A stretch of DNA of 64,000 nt from a virus. Positions 35,052-45,360 of the stretch are shown here, in pieces (within the stretch, counting starts at the first letter, position 1; every line of letters starts with the position of its first letter). The stretch is from the IMG/VR virus record IMGVR_UViG_3300023311_000098, positions 134-64,133 of that record; one strand, 5' to 3'. The position numbers were made by a program, and so were the translations under genes. The notes beneath the pieces were generated by a model, which had not been told where the DNA came from, ran no database searches, and saw only the letters and a program-made list of their open reading frames with translations.

Positions 35052-35902
35052 TTTTTCATCCCGTTCTTCATCAGGAACGCAAACAATGAACTACAGCCCG
35101 GATTAGCAGGCGAAGGGACAGCCGGCTCCGGGATAGGTAGCGCCCGGCCGGTAAGGATCTGATAATCAGCCGCGAGCGCGTCCATGTCAATCCCCTCGAC
35201 AAACTGCCGGGTCAAGAAATTTTCGGGCCACAGGCACACCCAGGCTTCCCCGCTGCGGCAATTGTCCACCAAGTTGTCCCAATAGTTGTCCGTCATTCCG
35301 GTTTCAGCGCCCCAGGTGATAAATCGGACATCATCCCGAGACTGACCGAGATAGCCGCCCGCCAGTACTGCATGTCCACCAATGACTGGTTCTCCGGGGT
35401 GATAATCCCAGGGTACACCGTTTGCAAAATCATATTGGTTGGCTCCCTGGACTTCGATACCCAGGAGCAGGCCGCCGAAAATGTACAATGCTGCTTTGAC
35501 TTCTTCGAGGTTGGATACATTCACGCTCGCGAAGGCTACCAATTTCACCCCGTCCGGGCCGCCGTTGTGGTGTAGGCATTCAAGCGCCGATTGCATATCC
35601 ATGCCGTCATCGTCCTGCGGGAAGTTTGGATTCTGCGTTTTGTACAGGTCGTACACTTCCTGTTGGCTGGGGTAATACTCTTTTCCGGTGAGCAAAAGGG
35701 TGGTGAAGCGCCTCCCATTTGCCCAGGCTACAGCCATGCAGTCGCCGTGGGCATCATTGCCAAGGATTTTCCAGTTTGATAACTGGCTTAGATAATCCTC
35801 CGCTAACGGATGCTCCGGTATCGCCTTTACGATGCTGGCGAATTTCAGGGCGGGTGCACGCTTTGGAAAATTACGACCATAACAAAACTGAGGTAGTGGC
35901 AT
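35048..35902 (-). CDS. papain-like cysteine peptidase
   Basis: LGND..GDC..., GGHAV..GY, ITWG catalytic pattern. Confidence 0.8.
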   Translation of the reverse strand: MPLPQFCYGRNFPKRAPALKFASIVKAIPEHPLAEDYLSQLSNWKILGNDAHGDCMAVAWANGRRFTTLLLTGKEYYPSQQEVYDLYKTQNPNFPQDDDGMDMQSALECLHHNGGPDGVKLVAFASVNVSNLEEVKAALYIFGGLLLGIEVQGANQYDFANGVPWDYHPGEPVIGGHAVLAGGYLGQSRDDVRFITWGAETGMTDNYWDNLVDNCRSGEAWVCLWPENFLTRQFVEGIDMDALAADYQILTGRALPIPEPAVPSPANPGCSSLFAFLMKNGMKK

Positions 35903-35929
35903 ATTATTCTCCTTGAGTCAATTATACTT

Positions 35930-37534
35930 CTAGAGTCTCACTACTGATAGGTCATCAAAAGCGGGGGTTGTATCATTATTGTCTACCCGGAAACCAACCA
36001 ATGTATTTTCACAGAATGTCGCATCCATGTAATCTATCTCTAAAATTGAGTTGACGAAAACCTGTATCCTGGTTTCGGATACCCAGACAACAACGACATC
36101 TCCATTAGTGGGAGCCTGCGTTGTACCAGACACCAAATATGAATAACTTCCTCCGCTGCGCCTAAATAGCGTGTACTTCCCTCCCGGATAGTTGGTATAG
36201 ATTAGATAATTATCCTGCCCATTCGCTGAACATCTAACCAATATTCCCCCTTCAACCGGAATGGTGACAATCGTTGCGGTAAGAATATATCGAGCCGTTC
36301 CCGTTCCCCAGACAACGTACTTTTCGCTCGCCGTTCCCAACGGGACAAGATGGTCAGAACTTATTCCCCATCCCGTAGATGCCCCGTTGATTACCAATGG
36401 CATATCTCCAACCTGAGGCATCCCCACCCCCGCGCCATTGGCACGATTAAAGTCATCGTAAACAAGTATGTTACTTGAAGAACCAGTTCCTCCAACCGCA
36501 CTTAGAACGCCAGACGGGGAAACGGAAAGACCAGACCCGACCTTGAAGCCGCCAAGAATACTTGCAGAGCCGGTGGGTAAGGAATAAGAAGAAGTGCCCG
36601 TAGAGAAACTTCCGGTTACATTAAGTGTCCCGTCTGGATAAATCGAAAGCCCAACCCCAACCCTAAAACCACCGAGGATGCTGGACGACCCGGTTGGTAG
36701 TGAATAATTTGAACCAGTAGTAGATGACCCAGAAACAATAGCCCATCCCGCATTCTTTCGTCCGTAAATATTACTATCTACGGGGGCTTCTGGTATGCCC
36801 CCCCCAGAACTCCCCGATACGTTTGAAACGCCTCCAAAATACTGCCTTATGTCATACAGATTGTCCCACGTGAACGAAGTCGTCCCCGAGGGTATTCTGA
36901 CCATCGCCACGGGAAGCCCTAAAGCACCTGAGAAGGCAGGCAGATAGGGTATCAGGTCGTTCTTAACTGTCAGTCCTGAGGGGGCTTCTGTCCCCGGCAG
37001 CCACGCTGGATTACCAGAAGGCCCATCTACGTAGAGTAGTAAGACACTTTGCTTGGTTGAGTCAGAGGGTAAGATAATGGTTGAAGTACCCGTGTTTCCA
37101 CCAGACACCCAAGCGCCGTTCCAGTTATAGACATAAGAGGCTATCTGTAGAGATGTTCCCGATGGAAAGACAAGTAAAGGTGTGAACTGTTCGGATTGTA
37201 CCCACAGCGTATCTCCGCCTCTCAGACTGTGCGAATAGGCGTGGTTAGGTAAATAGGGTGAACTTGTCCAGGTATTGTAGCGATTAATATCTCTTCCGAG
37301 GACAACGTATTTTGTCCCATCCCACTGAACGGTTACGGGAACATCGAAGGTGGATGAGACAGTCGCGTTATAAGCCTGAATGACCTCGCTCGTATTACCT
37401 AAAAGCCTGACGTAAGAGAATCCGGGACGTGTTGGAACATTGACTACATTTACAGATAGTCCAAGAGAACCGGAAAGCATGGAGGGTTTTACGGGGTTCT
37501 TCAGCGAGCGGAGGGACTTCTGCAAATTAGGCAT
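35930..37534 (-). CDS. tail fibre/receptor-binding protein with foldon and fibre repeats
   Basis: IPEAPVDSNIYGRKNAGW; two YSLPTGS..ILGGF.VG.GLS repeats; DDFNR lectin-like C-terminal domain. Confidence 0.75.
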   Translation of the reverse strand: MPNLQKSLRSLKNPVKPSMLSGSLGLSVNVVNVPTRPGFSYVRLLGNTSEVIQAYNATVSSTFDVPVTVQWDGTKYVVLGRDINRYNTWTSSPYLPNHAYSHSLRGGDTLWVQSEQFTPLLVFPSGTSLQIASYVYNWNGAWVSGGNTGTSTIILPSDSTKQSVLLLYVDGPSGNPAWLPGTEAPSGLTVKNDLIPYLPAFSGALGLPVAMVRIPSGTTSFTWDNLYDIRQYFGGVSNVSGSSGGGIPEAPVDSNIYGRKNAGWAIVSGSSTTGSNYSLPTGSSSILGGFRVGVGLSIYPDGTLNVTGSFSTGTSSYSLPTGSASILGGFKVGSGLSVSPSGVLSAVGGTGSSSNILVYDDFNRANGAGVGMPQVGDMPLVINGASTGWGISSDHLVPLGTASEKYVVWGTGTARYILTATIVTIPVEGGILVRCSANGQDNYLIYTNYPGGKYTLFRRSGGSYSYLVSGTTQAPTNGDVVVVWVSETRIQVFVNSILEIDYMDATFCENTLVGFRVDNNDTTPAFDDLSVVRL

Positions 37535-37554
37535 TTACGATACAACTCGTACTT

Positions 37555-38097
37555 TCAATTTTGCTCCAAAATCATTTGGATGATATTCGTTTGGACAATA
37601 CCATACGGGTGCGTTCTAACCACAAAAGAACCAGAAAAATCATTTAGTCCGCTTTGGGTAACATCGTATGGGGTTTCCCATGTATTATCTTCAAGAATAT
37701 GTCCATCATCTCGCATCCTAATGTCTGGTTTTATGTACAGAGGTGAGTGACCATAATCCGTAAAGTCATCGGCATGGAGTACAAAATCAATTCGATAATA
37801 CTGATAATCTATACTGCTATAATTTTCGGGTTTCCAAAACCAAGTCCTTTCCTGATACCAGGCATTGGGACCTGGTCCAGACGTTAGGTCATTCCCGCTA
37901 TCCGAAAACGTCCAAGAATATTTTATATTCGCTGGTATCTCTGGGGTATAATAGCCTTCATAAAACCCCGCCGCGCCCAAGGACGTTATGGTTATCTCAA
38001 AAGACCAATTTACAGCAGGGAAGAACCCATAATGAGTATTGTAATAGTAAATAAACGGTGATACGTCATTGACTTCTGGGACTTGGTTTACTGTCAT
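37555..38097 (-). CDS. hypothetical tail-region protein
   Basis: aromatic-rich 180 aa, ATGA coupled. Confidence 0.65.
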   Translation of the reverse strand: MTVNQVPEVNDVSPFIYYYNTHYGFFPAVNWSFEITITSLGAAGFYEGYYTPEIPANIKYSWTFSDSGNDLTSGPGPNAWYQERTWFWKPENYSSIDYQYYRIDFVLHADDFTDYGHSPLYIKPDIRMRDDGHILEDNTWETPYDVTQSGLNDFSGSFVVRTHPYGIVQTNIIQMILEQN

Positions 38098-40415
38098 ATT
38101 GTTGTTGCCAATGTTGCCACGAATTGATTGGAACTACCACTTCCAGCCGACACTCCGGTGATGTTCAACCAGAACCAATAATTCTGTATGAGGATGTTAT
38201 TTGCGAAAGCCATGGATGATTCTGTTGCCGAATCCACAGTTAAATCAGATGATAATAGATTCGACCCAGACCCATACAGAACTGGACCTGTGATGATATT
38301 GAATGTTACCGACGTTCCAAAGGCTGCTCCGTCCACGCGTAAGACTGTGTTTGTCGAAGGCAATCTCGTCCCCGGTATTAATCCCACCGCGGGGTTACTT
38401 ATCACCCATGTATAAGTTTTACCTCCCCATATCGAAGGCACTTGAAACGGAGGAATAGGAGGGATGCTGGGTATTCCCGGCATATTGGGGTAAGATGGAA
38501 CAACCGGGTTGGGAATGGTTATTTCCGGGACTGTCGGGGCGGCGGGGATTGTCACAGTCTGGGCCGTTGCGTCGGGAGTTCCTACAATTGCCTCGGTCTG
38601 TCCCTGAATACCGTTAGTCAGTTGTGCAAACTTAATCTGCGGGTAAATAGACCCATTTTCGGAGTCATAATGCCAGTCCATTTGAACCGGATGGAAGGGT
38701 GCGTTGAGGAAACTTATCCCTCTATTTGTGTCCGAACCAGAGATATTTAACTGGCATTGAGACAGTGGGAAGATGTCAATGTTGTTGTAGTTCCCAGCCA
38801 TCTTTAGTGTCACCGCGTATCTGGCGTTTTGATAAGCCCATAAATCGCCGGCGACTTGGTTAATCTGGCTTTGAGAGGTTGCTATAAACCCTTCGAGAGA
38901 GTTAATCTTCCCTCTCACTCCTGGAGCCATTCCGGGGGCGATACAAAGAATAGCAGTACTCGTCCCGGTTCCATTGACTATCCCATTGAATACAACCCCT
39001 CCCAGTTCCATGGATGAGTATTGAGGGGTGATGTTTTCTTCAATGCTTGGTTCCCCCATCCAGTCTTGTTTTGTGATGGACATATTGACAGGAATGTTCG
39101 AGGCGGATTGGTGAACTGCGCCGGCGGATATTTCTGCGAATATCTGGCCTATTCGGTTACTACCGACCTCTCCGATAATCCCATTCTTCAGGAACGTATT
39201 AAGAGCATCGTAAATCGAGTCTCGGTTGGTGTCGAAATACTGGTGCGCCCTTGCATCTCCGAGATATTGAAAGTCGGTACAGTCCAAAACGGTAGTGTGC
39301 CATCTCAGGTAGTGATAGAGAGCTTTTGAAACGGTCATGTTCTGGATTTCGTACCAGACTGCCGGAGAGGTGGCATCGTTACAGGAGACAGAAAATCCCT
39401 CGATGTCTTTCAGTAACTCCGCTACACTTACAGCAGTAAACTCTACCGAGGAGGTCTGGTAGTCGTAGACTATCGTACCTTTCTCGATATATCCTACAAA
39501 CTTTAGAGGGCTTCCGACAACCGTTTTAGTATTCCCATAACTCGTCTGGTCTGCAAAGATAATAACCAGCGCGCCATCGTAGACGTTACTAATCTGATCC
39601 CACACTTTGATACTGACAGAATAACCTCCCTCTGACCTGCTTCCCTGTATTTCAGAGGTAGACCATCTTTGGATAGGAGGTATCGCGTCTCCATTCGCGG
39701 ATCTTGAATAGATGGATACAAAACGATAGGTAACATCGGACGAACCTCTGCTTCCACTGACGGTCAGTTTGGTTTTGTAATGACCGGGAGTAGAGTAGCT
39801 GACGTTCCCCGGAGTAATTCCAGAATAGGTTGAAGGAGTTCCGCCCTCGAACACCCACGCGTAGGTCATTGAATCCCCGCCCACATGATTTGTCCCCGAG
39901 GCGGTGTAATAAATCTGTGCCGTGCCACTGACGTTCAGGAAGGCGGCTTGGTGGGAACCGGCGCAAGGAAAGGCTCCCAAAACCGAGTTCTGGTTAGTAT
40001 AGGCGATGTCATAGTCTTTGTAGAAGATTACCGGGTCGCCGTTTGAACTTGTCCCCGAGATTATTCGAGGGTAGATTGGATTGAGGTCGATGTAGTTAAG
40101 TGCAGTGAGATAGAGTCCGGTTTTCCAGGGGATATCGTAGTTCTCCGCGACGGTGAAGTTCGACCCATCTACCGATCTGATACGGACTTTCCCAACGTCC
40201 GAAGCTCCCGGAGTAGACCCAACCAAAAGAACCGAGTTATGGAAAACACTTGAGTAGCTACCGGATGAATTGTTGTAAGGAATGACCCGCGCGCCCTGTG
40301 TAATAGCACCATTAACCTGCGCTGAGAAAATTGTCGTAGGCTGATAGACACTAAGAAATAATTCTTCGTAGTGGGGTTGGCTTCTCAGAAGGGCGAGGTC
40401 GGGAGAAGAGGTCAT
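38094..40415 (-). CDS. minor tail/hub protein with PKD domain
   Basis: YAWVFEGGTP...YSTPGHY...LTV PKD motif; Pro-rich linker. Confidence 0.75.
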   Translation of the reverse strand: MTSSPDLALLRSQPHYEELFLSVYQPTTIFSAQVNGAITQGARVIPYNNSSGSYSSVFHNSVLLVGSTPGASDVGKVRIRSVDGSNFTVAENYDIPWKTGLYLTALNYIDLNPIYPRIISGTSSNGDPVIFYKDYDIAYTNQNSVLGAFPCAGSHQAAFLNVSGTAQIYYTASGTNHVGGDSMTYAWVFEGGTPSTYSGITPGNVSYSTPGHYKTKLTVSGSRGSSDVTYRFVSIYSRSANGDAIPPIQRWSTSEIQGSRSEGGYSVSIKVWDQISNVYDGALVIIFADQTSYGNTKTVVGSPLKFVGYIEKGTIVYDYQTSSVEFTAVSVAELLKDIEGFSVSCNDATSPAVWYEIQNMTVSKALYHYLRWHTTVLDCTDFQYLGDARAHQYFDTNRDSIYDALNTFLKNGIIGEVGSNRIGQIFAEISAGAVHQSASNIPVNMSITKQDWMGEPSIEENITPQYSSMELGGVVFNGIVNGTGTSTAILCIAPGMAPGVRGKINSLEGFIATSQSQINQVAGDLWAYQNARYAVTLKMAGNYNNIDIFPLSQCQLNISGSDTNRGISFLNAPFHPVQMDWHYDSENGSIYPQIKFAQLTNGIQGQTEAIVGTPDATAQTVTIPAAPTVPEITIPNPVVPSYPNMPGIPSIPPIPPFQVPSIWGGKTYTWVISNPAVGLIPGTRLPSTNTVLRVDGAAFGTSVTFNIITGPVLYGSGSNLLSSDLTVDSATESSMAFANNILIQNYWFWLNITGVSAGSGSSNQFVATLATTI

Positions 40416-40750
40416 TTGACGTTCAAGGCGATTAACTTGACCGAGCCATAGAACCCCTCAAAAGAGTTGTTGTAGGTTGGTTCGGTGAGAGTAGCTGAAT
40501 AGGTAGCAAAGCCTCCGGTTGCGCTTCCCCAACACGGTAGACTTATCTGACAGGTTCCAGAACACGAGAGATAAAACCCCTCCAGTTGGGCAAAAGCATC
40601 TGGCTCCAGCCAGTCCCAGTCCATTTCGTACTGCCTGGGGGTTGGGTACACCGGATGGGCGTTTCCATCGTATCCGAGTGCGTTTCTGGCAACCCACTTA
40701 TGGTCGGATGGTTGGGTGATAAACGAGGTGTTATTAATTGCGAAGGTCAT
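40412..40750 (-). CDS. distal tail-like protein
   Basis: 112 aa directly after the tape measure. Confidence 0.6.
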   Translation of the reverse strand: MTFAINNTSFITQPSDHKWVARNALGYDGNAHPVYPTPRQYEMDWDWLEPDAFAQLEGFYLSCSGTCQISLPCWGSATGGFATYSATLTEPTYNNSFEGFYGSVKLIALNVK

Positions 40751-43209
40751 TGCTGCCTGTTAATTCGATCTATTGAGAGGGCGACATTATCCAAGGACGT
40801 TTGCACAATTTGAGCCTGTAAGTTTGGGTCGAGCGTGACCTGGAGTTGTATTGAGCCACCATTCTGCCCAGCCATTGCAATAGAAGGCGCGCCCTTGAAG
40901 CCCGTACCCAAAGGTAGGAACATAGCCAATTCCGGCCCCGCCTCTCCGAAAGTAACCGAGGTAGGTTTGTTGGCGAAGAGAGAACCGCCCGAGGCCATGC
41001 CCGTTACAGCGACATTAGCTGCCGGTGTTCCGAATCCTATATTCCCATACGCCTGTGCAACTGCCGCGGCTTCTGCGGCCACCTGTCCCATTCTAGCGAT
41101 AAGATAACCATAAACCTGATCCACGTATCCATTGGGTCCAAAGTAAGTCCTGAGTAAAGCATAGATGTTCTGTACCTGTTGGGAGGTCAGATTATATTGA
41201 GTCATTAATCCGTCTGCCCACGCCTTCAGGCGATTGTTAATATCGGTAGTCTCGGCCTCGGTCTCTCTCTGTGCGGCAAGATTGGCGGCGGCGATTTCCT
41301 GGTCTCTTTCTGTAGCAAGAGCGGCCTGTCTCTGGGCTATGTCTGTGTTCAGGTCTTGAATTTCCTGAGTACGTTGAGTGGCAAGAGCCTGCGCCCTCAC
41401 CTGGGTATCTACCTGTAATTGCTGTAATTGATAAGCCTCTTGCTGTTTCTCGAGGTCGATTTCTTGTTGATAATTCTGCTGGCGAATAGTTTCCGCGTCG
41501 GCATACTGTTGTGCTTTTTGTGTCTTTTGTGCATCGTACTGTTCTATCAAGCGAATGATGGTCTTTGCGTCTCGGGCGCGAAGGGCATCTTCCAGATCGA
41601 GATTCAATGTATCATTGAGACTCTGTAATTCCTCCTGATACTTTTGTTGGGCCTGGAGTTCATCTAATTGATATTTTTCCGAGTCCGTTAGAAGCGTTTC
41701 GTTGGTGTTGGCTTGAATTGCCTGTGCTTTATTGGCTTCGTCTACATACAAAGCCTCAAGGTCGCGGGCATACTTGGTTTCAATTGCCTGAAGTTTGTCA
41801 GCTTTATCTACCGCCAACGCTTCCATGGAGGCGTTGTATTTTGTCTCAATGTCCGTTATCTTATTTACCTTGTCTGTTTCAATTTTTGCAAGTTTGGCCG
41901 CTTCGTCATCCTGAATGGAGATAATTTCCTTCTCGGCTTGTGCTGCGAGAGTAACAGATGACTCCTGTTGAGGAGTAGAGGTCAGTCCAGAAATTACCGC
42001 CTTTCCGGTTACATCGGTAACGTTGCTTCCGCCACCAGTCCCAAGAGGGGTTGTAGAGGGGCTGGATGGCGATCCAGTAACGGCAGTAGGAGGGGGATTT
42101 GTGTAAAGATTATATGCTTGGTTAAATTTACTCAAATAGTCTTGCATTATTTCTGCGCCAGTCCAAGTTCTATTAAATCCTCCGGTCATTATGTCTATAA
42201 ATGTTCCCAGCGCGGCGGCCCCAGCGGATATTTGACCAACTAGGTCATGGAATAAATCGACAAGTTTCGGCATTATGTTTGTGACTGCTATTCCAAAACC
42301 AGTCCATAAATTATCCCATGCCGCGCCAAGTGATTTTACCTTTCCGGGCGCTACATCCAGATAGGCGGATTCGTTTTTTCTAAGGTCTGCCAAATGCTCT
42401 TCAAGAACGGCTGTTCCTGCAATTACTTTGGAATTATCACTAAGTTGAGTATAGGTCTTTGCTCCATTATCAAGACCAAGCTGAACGGCCTTGTTGTAAA
42501 TATCTATTGCGTTCATTTCTACAGCGGTCATTTGATATATCCGCCTGGCCTGCATGTTGGTCATATTCAACAGGGCTGTTTGAATCTGTGTTGCATTAGT
42601 CACAATATCCCCGCCAACTCTTTCTACCGCAACAGCCGAAAATTCCACCAAATCAGATACTTGTTGGGCGGTCAATCCGAATTGACCTCCAAGGGCCGCA
42701 ACCTGTCCAACCGCCTTACTTAAGTCTAGGTTGGAAAATACCTGTAATTTTGGTCCGAGGTCTGTAACGATATTAGACAGGTCTTTGAACTGAACATCCA
42801 CCCCCGCCTCGCGCATCTGGCTTACCGCGGAATCAATCAAGAACATAGCTTGTGCGAAATCCAGACCGTCTTTAATCCCTCCCTTGATTAGATTGAGTGT
42901 GTTATTGACTATCTGGTAAACACCTAATCCAAAGGCCATCTGGAGGGCGGTACCGGCTCTCTGGAATGCGCCGGCGAGGGCATCGGTAGCCCCTTCTGTC
43001 TCTTTCTCGGTTGTTGCAACTTTTGCAGTATTGTCAGATATATCCTCCAAGTTCCCATTCATTATCGCCAAAGCCTTCATAAGAATAAGGAACTGTTCAC
43101 TTAAATCGGAAACCTCATTCCTTAACCTAGGTATATCCTCAAGGGCTTGGCTATCATTTACGATAACATTCGTGATAAGGGTATCTTCGGAATCACTCAT
43201 GTAATCCAT
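40747..43209 (-). CDS. tape measure protein
   Basis: 820 aa Ala/Gln-rich helical protein; C-terminal GMASGG...GEAGPE. Confidence 0.88.
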   Translation of the reverse strand: MDYMSDSEDTLITNVIVNDSQALEDIPRLRNEVSDLSEQFLILMKALAIMNGNLEDISDNTAKVATTEKETEGATDALAGAFQRAGTALQMAFGLGVYQIVNNTLNLIKGGIKDGLDFAQAMFLIDSAVSQMREAGVDVQFKDLSNIVTDLGPKLQVFSNLDLSKAVGQVAALGGQFGLTAQQVSDLVEFSAVAVERVGGDIVTNATQIQTALLNMTNMQARRIYQMTAVEMNAIDIYNKAVQLGLDNGAKTYTQLSDNSKVIAGTAVLEEHLADLRKNESAYLDVAPGKVKSLGAAWDNLWTGFGIAVTNIMPKLVDLFHDLVGQISAGAAALGTFIDIMTGGFNRTWTGAEIMQDYLSKFNQAYNLYTNPPPTAVTGSPSSPSTTPLGTGGGSNVTDVTGKAVISGLTSTPQQESSVTLAAQAEKEIISIQDDEAAKLAKIETDKVNKITDIETKYNASMEALAVDKADKLQAIETKYARDLEALYVDEANKAQAIQANTNETLLTDSEKYQLDELQAQQKYQEELQSLNDTLNLDLEDALRARDAKTIIRLIEQYDAQKTQKAQQYADAETIRQQNYQQEIDLEKQQEAYQLQQLQVDTQVRAQALATQRTQEIQDLNTDIAQRQAALATERDQEIAAANLAAQRETEAETTDINNRLKAWADGLMTQYNLTSQQVQNIYALLRTYFGPNGYVDQVYGYLIARMGQVAAEAAAVAQAYGNIGFGTPAANVAVTGMASGGSLFANKPTSVTFGEAGPELAMFLPLGTGFKGAPSIAMAGQNGGSIQLQVTLDPNLQAQIVQTSLDNVALSIDRINRQQ

Positions 43210-43474
43210 CCACTTTCAAGCGGGGCAGTAAATCCAAACGGTTCATCGTAAAACCTTCCAGTAAGGCAGTTAATCTATCATTCTGTTCGGCTTTCAGGAT
43301 GGTCTCTTTATCTTCTCCGGTAAGTAACCCAAGACACTCGATATAATTCTTTCCACCGACAATCTTTGGGAATGCAGAAATATCCTTCGGGTCATCGAGG
43401 AATTTCCGTATCAACTCGTACATTTGGAGTGCTTCTTCAAGATTTAGGAGTTTCGCTTTCATATCCAACACCAA
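43193..43474 (-). CDS. putative tail assembly chaperone
   Basis: position before the tape measure. Confidence 0.5.
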   Translation of the reverse strand: MVLDMKAKLLNLEEALQMYELIRKFLDDPKDISAFPKIVGGKNYIECLGLLTGEDKETILKAEQNDRLTALLEGFTMNRLDLLPRLKVDGLHE

Positions 43475-44051
43475 ACACCAATCCTTGCGGTAGGAGGTCT
43501 TTTCTTATTTTCATCTTCTTTGGTGCTGGTACTATCTTCTGCATCCAATCCGGTCTAGGAAGTTCTTGGAACTCAGACTTCTTCGTATCTTTATTATACG
43601 GATAGGCTATCTCGGTAAGTGACCATTGCCATTCTCTATTCAACTGCTCGTGGATAAGTATTTCCTGTAAAAGCCCAAGAGCCGTGTCTATGTCTAAACG
43701 AGCAATCTGTTCTTCACTCCATCCATAAGCAGTTGAAAAGATGTGTAACCAGTAGTACCAGGTTCTTCCTTCGTACTCCCATGGCATCTTAGTGTTCTTC
43801 TCTTTCGACTTCAAGAGAGGAAAAGAATGTTGCGGGAGGTTCGCGTTCAGAGCCGCTTCATAATCGTTGACCGTCTCAAACCAGACAGACTCTTTATATT
43901 CAACAGAAGAAGCGGCGGAAATATAGCCTCGGACGGCGGCGGAAATTTCCGCGTAGTCCTTTCTAATTCCTGCCGCTTCTAAGAGTTTAGTCCGTATCTC
44001 CTCAAGGGCTAACCATTCCTTGAGGAGTTTTCTTTCAAATATTACACTCAC
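43437..44051 (-). CDS. putative tail assembly chaperone
   Basis: follows major tail gene; YGWSEEQIARL. Confidence 0.55.
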   Translation of the reverse strand: MSVIFERKLLKEWLALEEIRTKLLEAAGIRKDYAEISAAVRGYISAASSVEYKESVWFETVNDYEAALNANLPQHSFPLLKSKEKNTKMPWEYEGRTWYYWLHIFSTAYGWSEEQIARLDIDTALGLLQEILIHEQLNREWQWSLTEIAYPYNKDTKKSEFQELPRPDWMQKIVPAPKKMKIRKDLLPQGLVFGVGYESETPKS

Positions 44052-44057
44052 TTATCC

Positions 44058-44684
44058 TTAGGGCAACGCGTTGGCATCCATCCGAGCGAGGACACCGAAC
44101 ATCTGGTTAGCGGGCTTGGTTTCGTCAATCAGGGCAGTGACCTTTATTCCGGTCAATTTATGACCCGACAGAGCCATATCCCAAGTGAAGTTTCCGGTAA
44201 TCTGGCAGCGATGCAACTGCATCATAATCCAGTACCCGGCGACCTCATCATAGACCTTCGGCGCATACAATTGATAGTAAATGTTGTTGTTGATCTTCGA
44301 GATACCAACATACTCCTTACCCGAGACGGTGGTTGAGTTGAACATGTTCATCAAAACCGCCGAAACACTCAGGGGCAGGAGGCTTATCAAACTAAAATCA
44401 ACTGTCAGGAAGTTGCGCTTTTGGATAGCGGCCTTGTCACCGACGGTATCACAGCGAATCATATTCAGGGTGACATCTTCCGTCAACTTGACGTCCTGGA
44501 TGCAACCAAGCGAGTAAATCGGATACGTTGAGGTTCCAGAAAGGTTCCAGTAATATCCGTTCGCGTCAGGATGGTTCAATGCGCCCGCGCGGTAGTCCTG
44601 AATGTACAGGTAGGGAGCACCTTCAAGGTACTTCTCTTCCTGTGTCAGGATATTTCCAAGTGGTGATCCGGTTACGATAGTCAT
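44058..44684 (-). CDS. major tail tube protein
   Basis: 208 aa beta-rich; canonical position. Confidence 0.75.
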   Translation of the reverse strand: MTIVTGSPLGNILTQEEKYLEGAPYLYIQDYRAGALNHPDANGYYWNLSGTSTYPIYSLGCIQDVKLTEDVTLNMIRCDTVGDKAAIQKRNFLTVDFSLISLLPLSVSAVLMNMFNSTTVSGKEYVGISKINNNIYYQLYAPKVYDEVAGYWIMMQLHRCQITGNFTWDMALSGHKLTGIKVTALIDETKPANQMFGVLARMDANALP

Positions 44685-44962
44685 TAGACCTCCGATACTT
44701 CAAATATGCGATTGGCGTCACCACCTGCACAACAAGGGCGTCCGCCTAATATCAAATTTCGTAGCGCATTTGTATCTTCGGCCTGCACAGCAATACATTC
44801 CCCTGGTTGCCATTCGTACCTTGTATTTGTGACCGCTCCGTATCGAATCACGCGAGAAGGTAAGCGATTGGTAACATAATTGTATGTTACTGAAGGCTGA
44901 GGGTCAATATCGAGTTCTACGATAGGTTTATTGTCGAGTGAACGATTACTTCGCTTCGCCAT
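44684..44962 (-). CDS. small hypothetical protein with PCCAGG motif
   Basis: coupled ORF before the major tail gene. Confidence 0.65.
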   Translation of the reverse strand: MAKRSNRSLDNKPIVELDIDPQPSVTYNYVTNRLPSRVIRYGAVTNTRYEWQPGECIAVQAEDTNALRNLILGGRPCCAGGDANRIFEVSEV

Positions 44963-45360
44963 GTTAACTCATCCTGTCTGATTGGAGGGACGATCTGGTC
45001 TACATAAAATCTCACAAAGTCCACTCCATTCAATACGCCGGGTTGCTTTCCATGAATTGTTGCTACGATACTTGCTAGTTGAGAACACTGCTTACTGGAT
45101 TTCTGTTCCGAGAAACAGAGGACATAAAAAGGTAAAAGCCACTTACCGCATTCCGGTTCGCCAACAGACCTCGCTATGCCCATTTGAAGTCTGACAGAGG
45201 GATAGGTAAATGCCTCGCCCTGCCAGAAATATTCTTTGACCTGCGAAGAACTTCCCGAGGGAGAAGAGGCTGTAGTCAAGGCAACGTTGAGGGCAGACAT
45301 TGACTTAAGGTAACTGATTATTGCGGCCTGAGCCGTTTCGATGGGAACTACGTTACTCAC
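44917..45360 (-). CDS. tail terminator/completion protein
   Basis: Q.AI..YL...YPSV; synteny. Confidence 0.7.
   Translation of the reverse strand: MSNVVPIETAQAAIISYLKSMSALNVALTTASSPSGSSSQVKEYFWQGEAFTYPSVRLQMGIARSVGEPECGKWLLPFYVLCFSEQKSSKQCSQLASIVATIHGKQPGVLNGVDFVRFYVDQIVPPIRQDELTWRSEVIVHSTINLS

Noticed and set aside
35930-40415. Diversity-generating retroelement targeting tail fibres
   Set aside because: No reverse transcriptase and no TR/VR pair differing at adenines; the fibre repeats are ordinary in-frame repeats.
43193-44051. Programmed frameshift between tail chaperone genes
   Set aside because: No convincing XXXYYYZ slippery site identified at the overlap.
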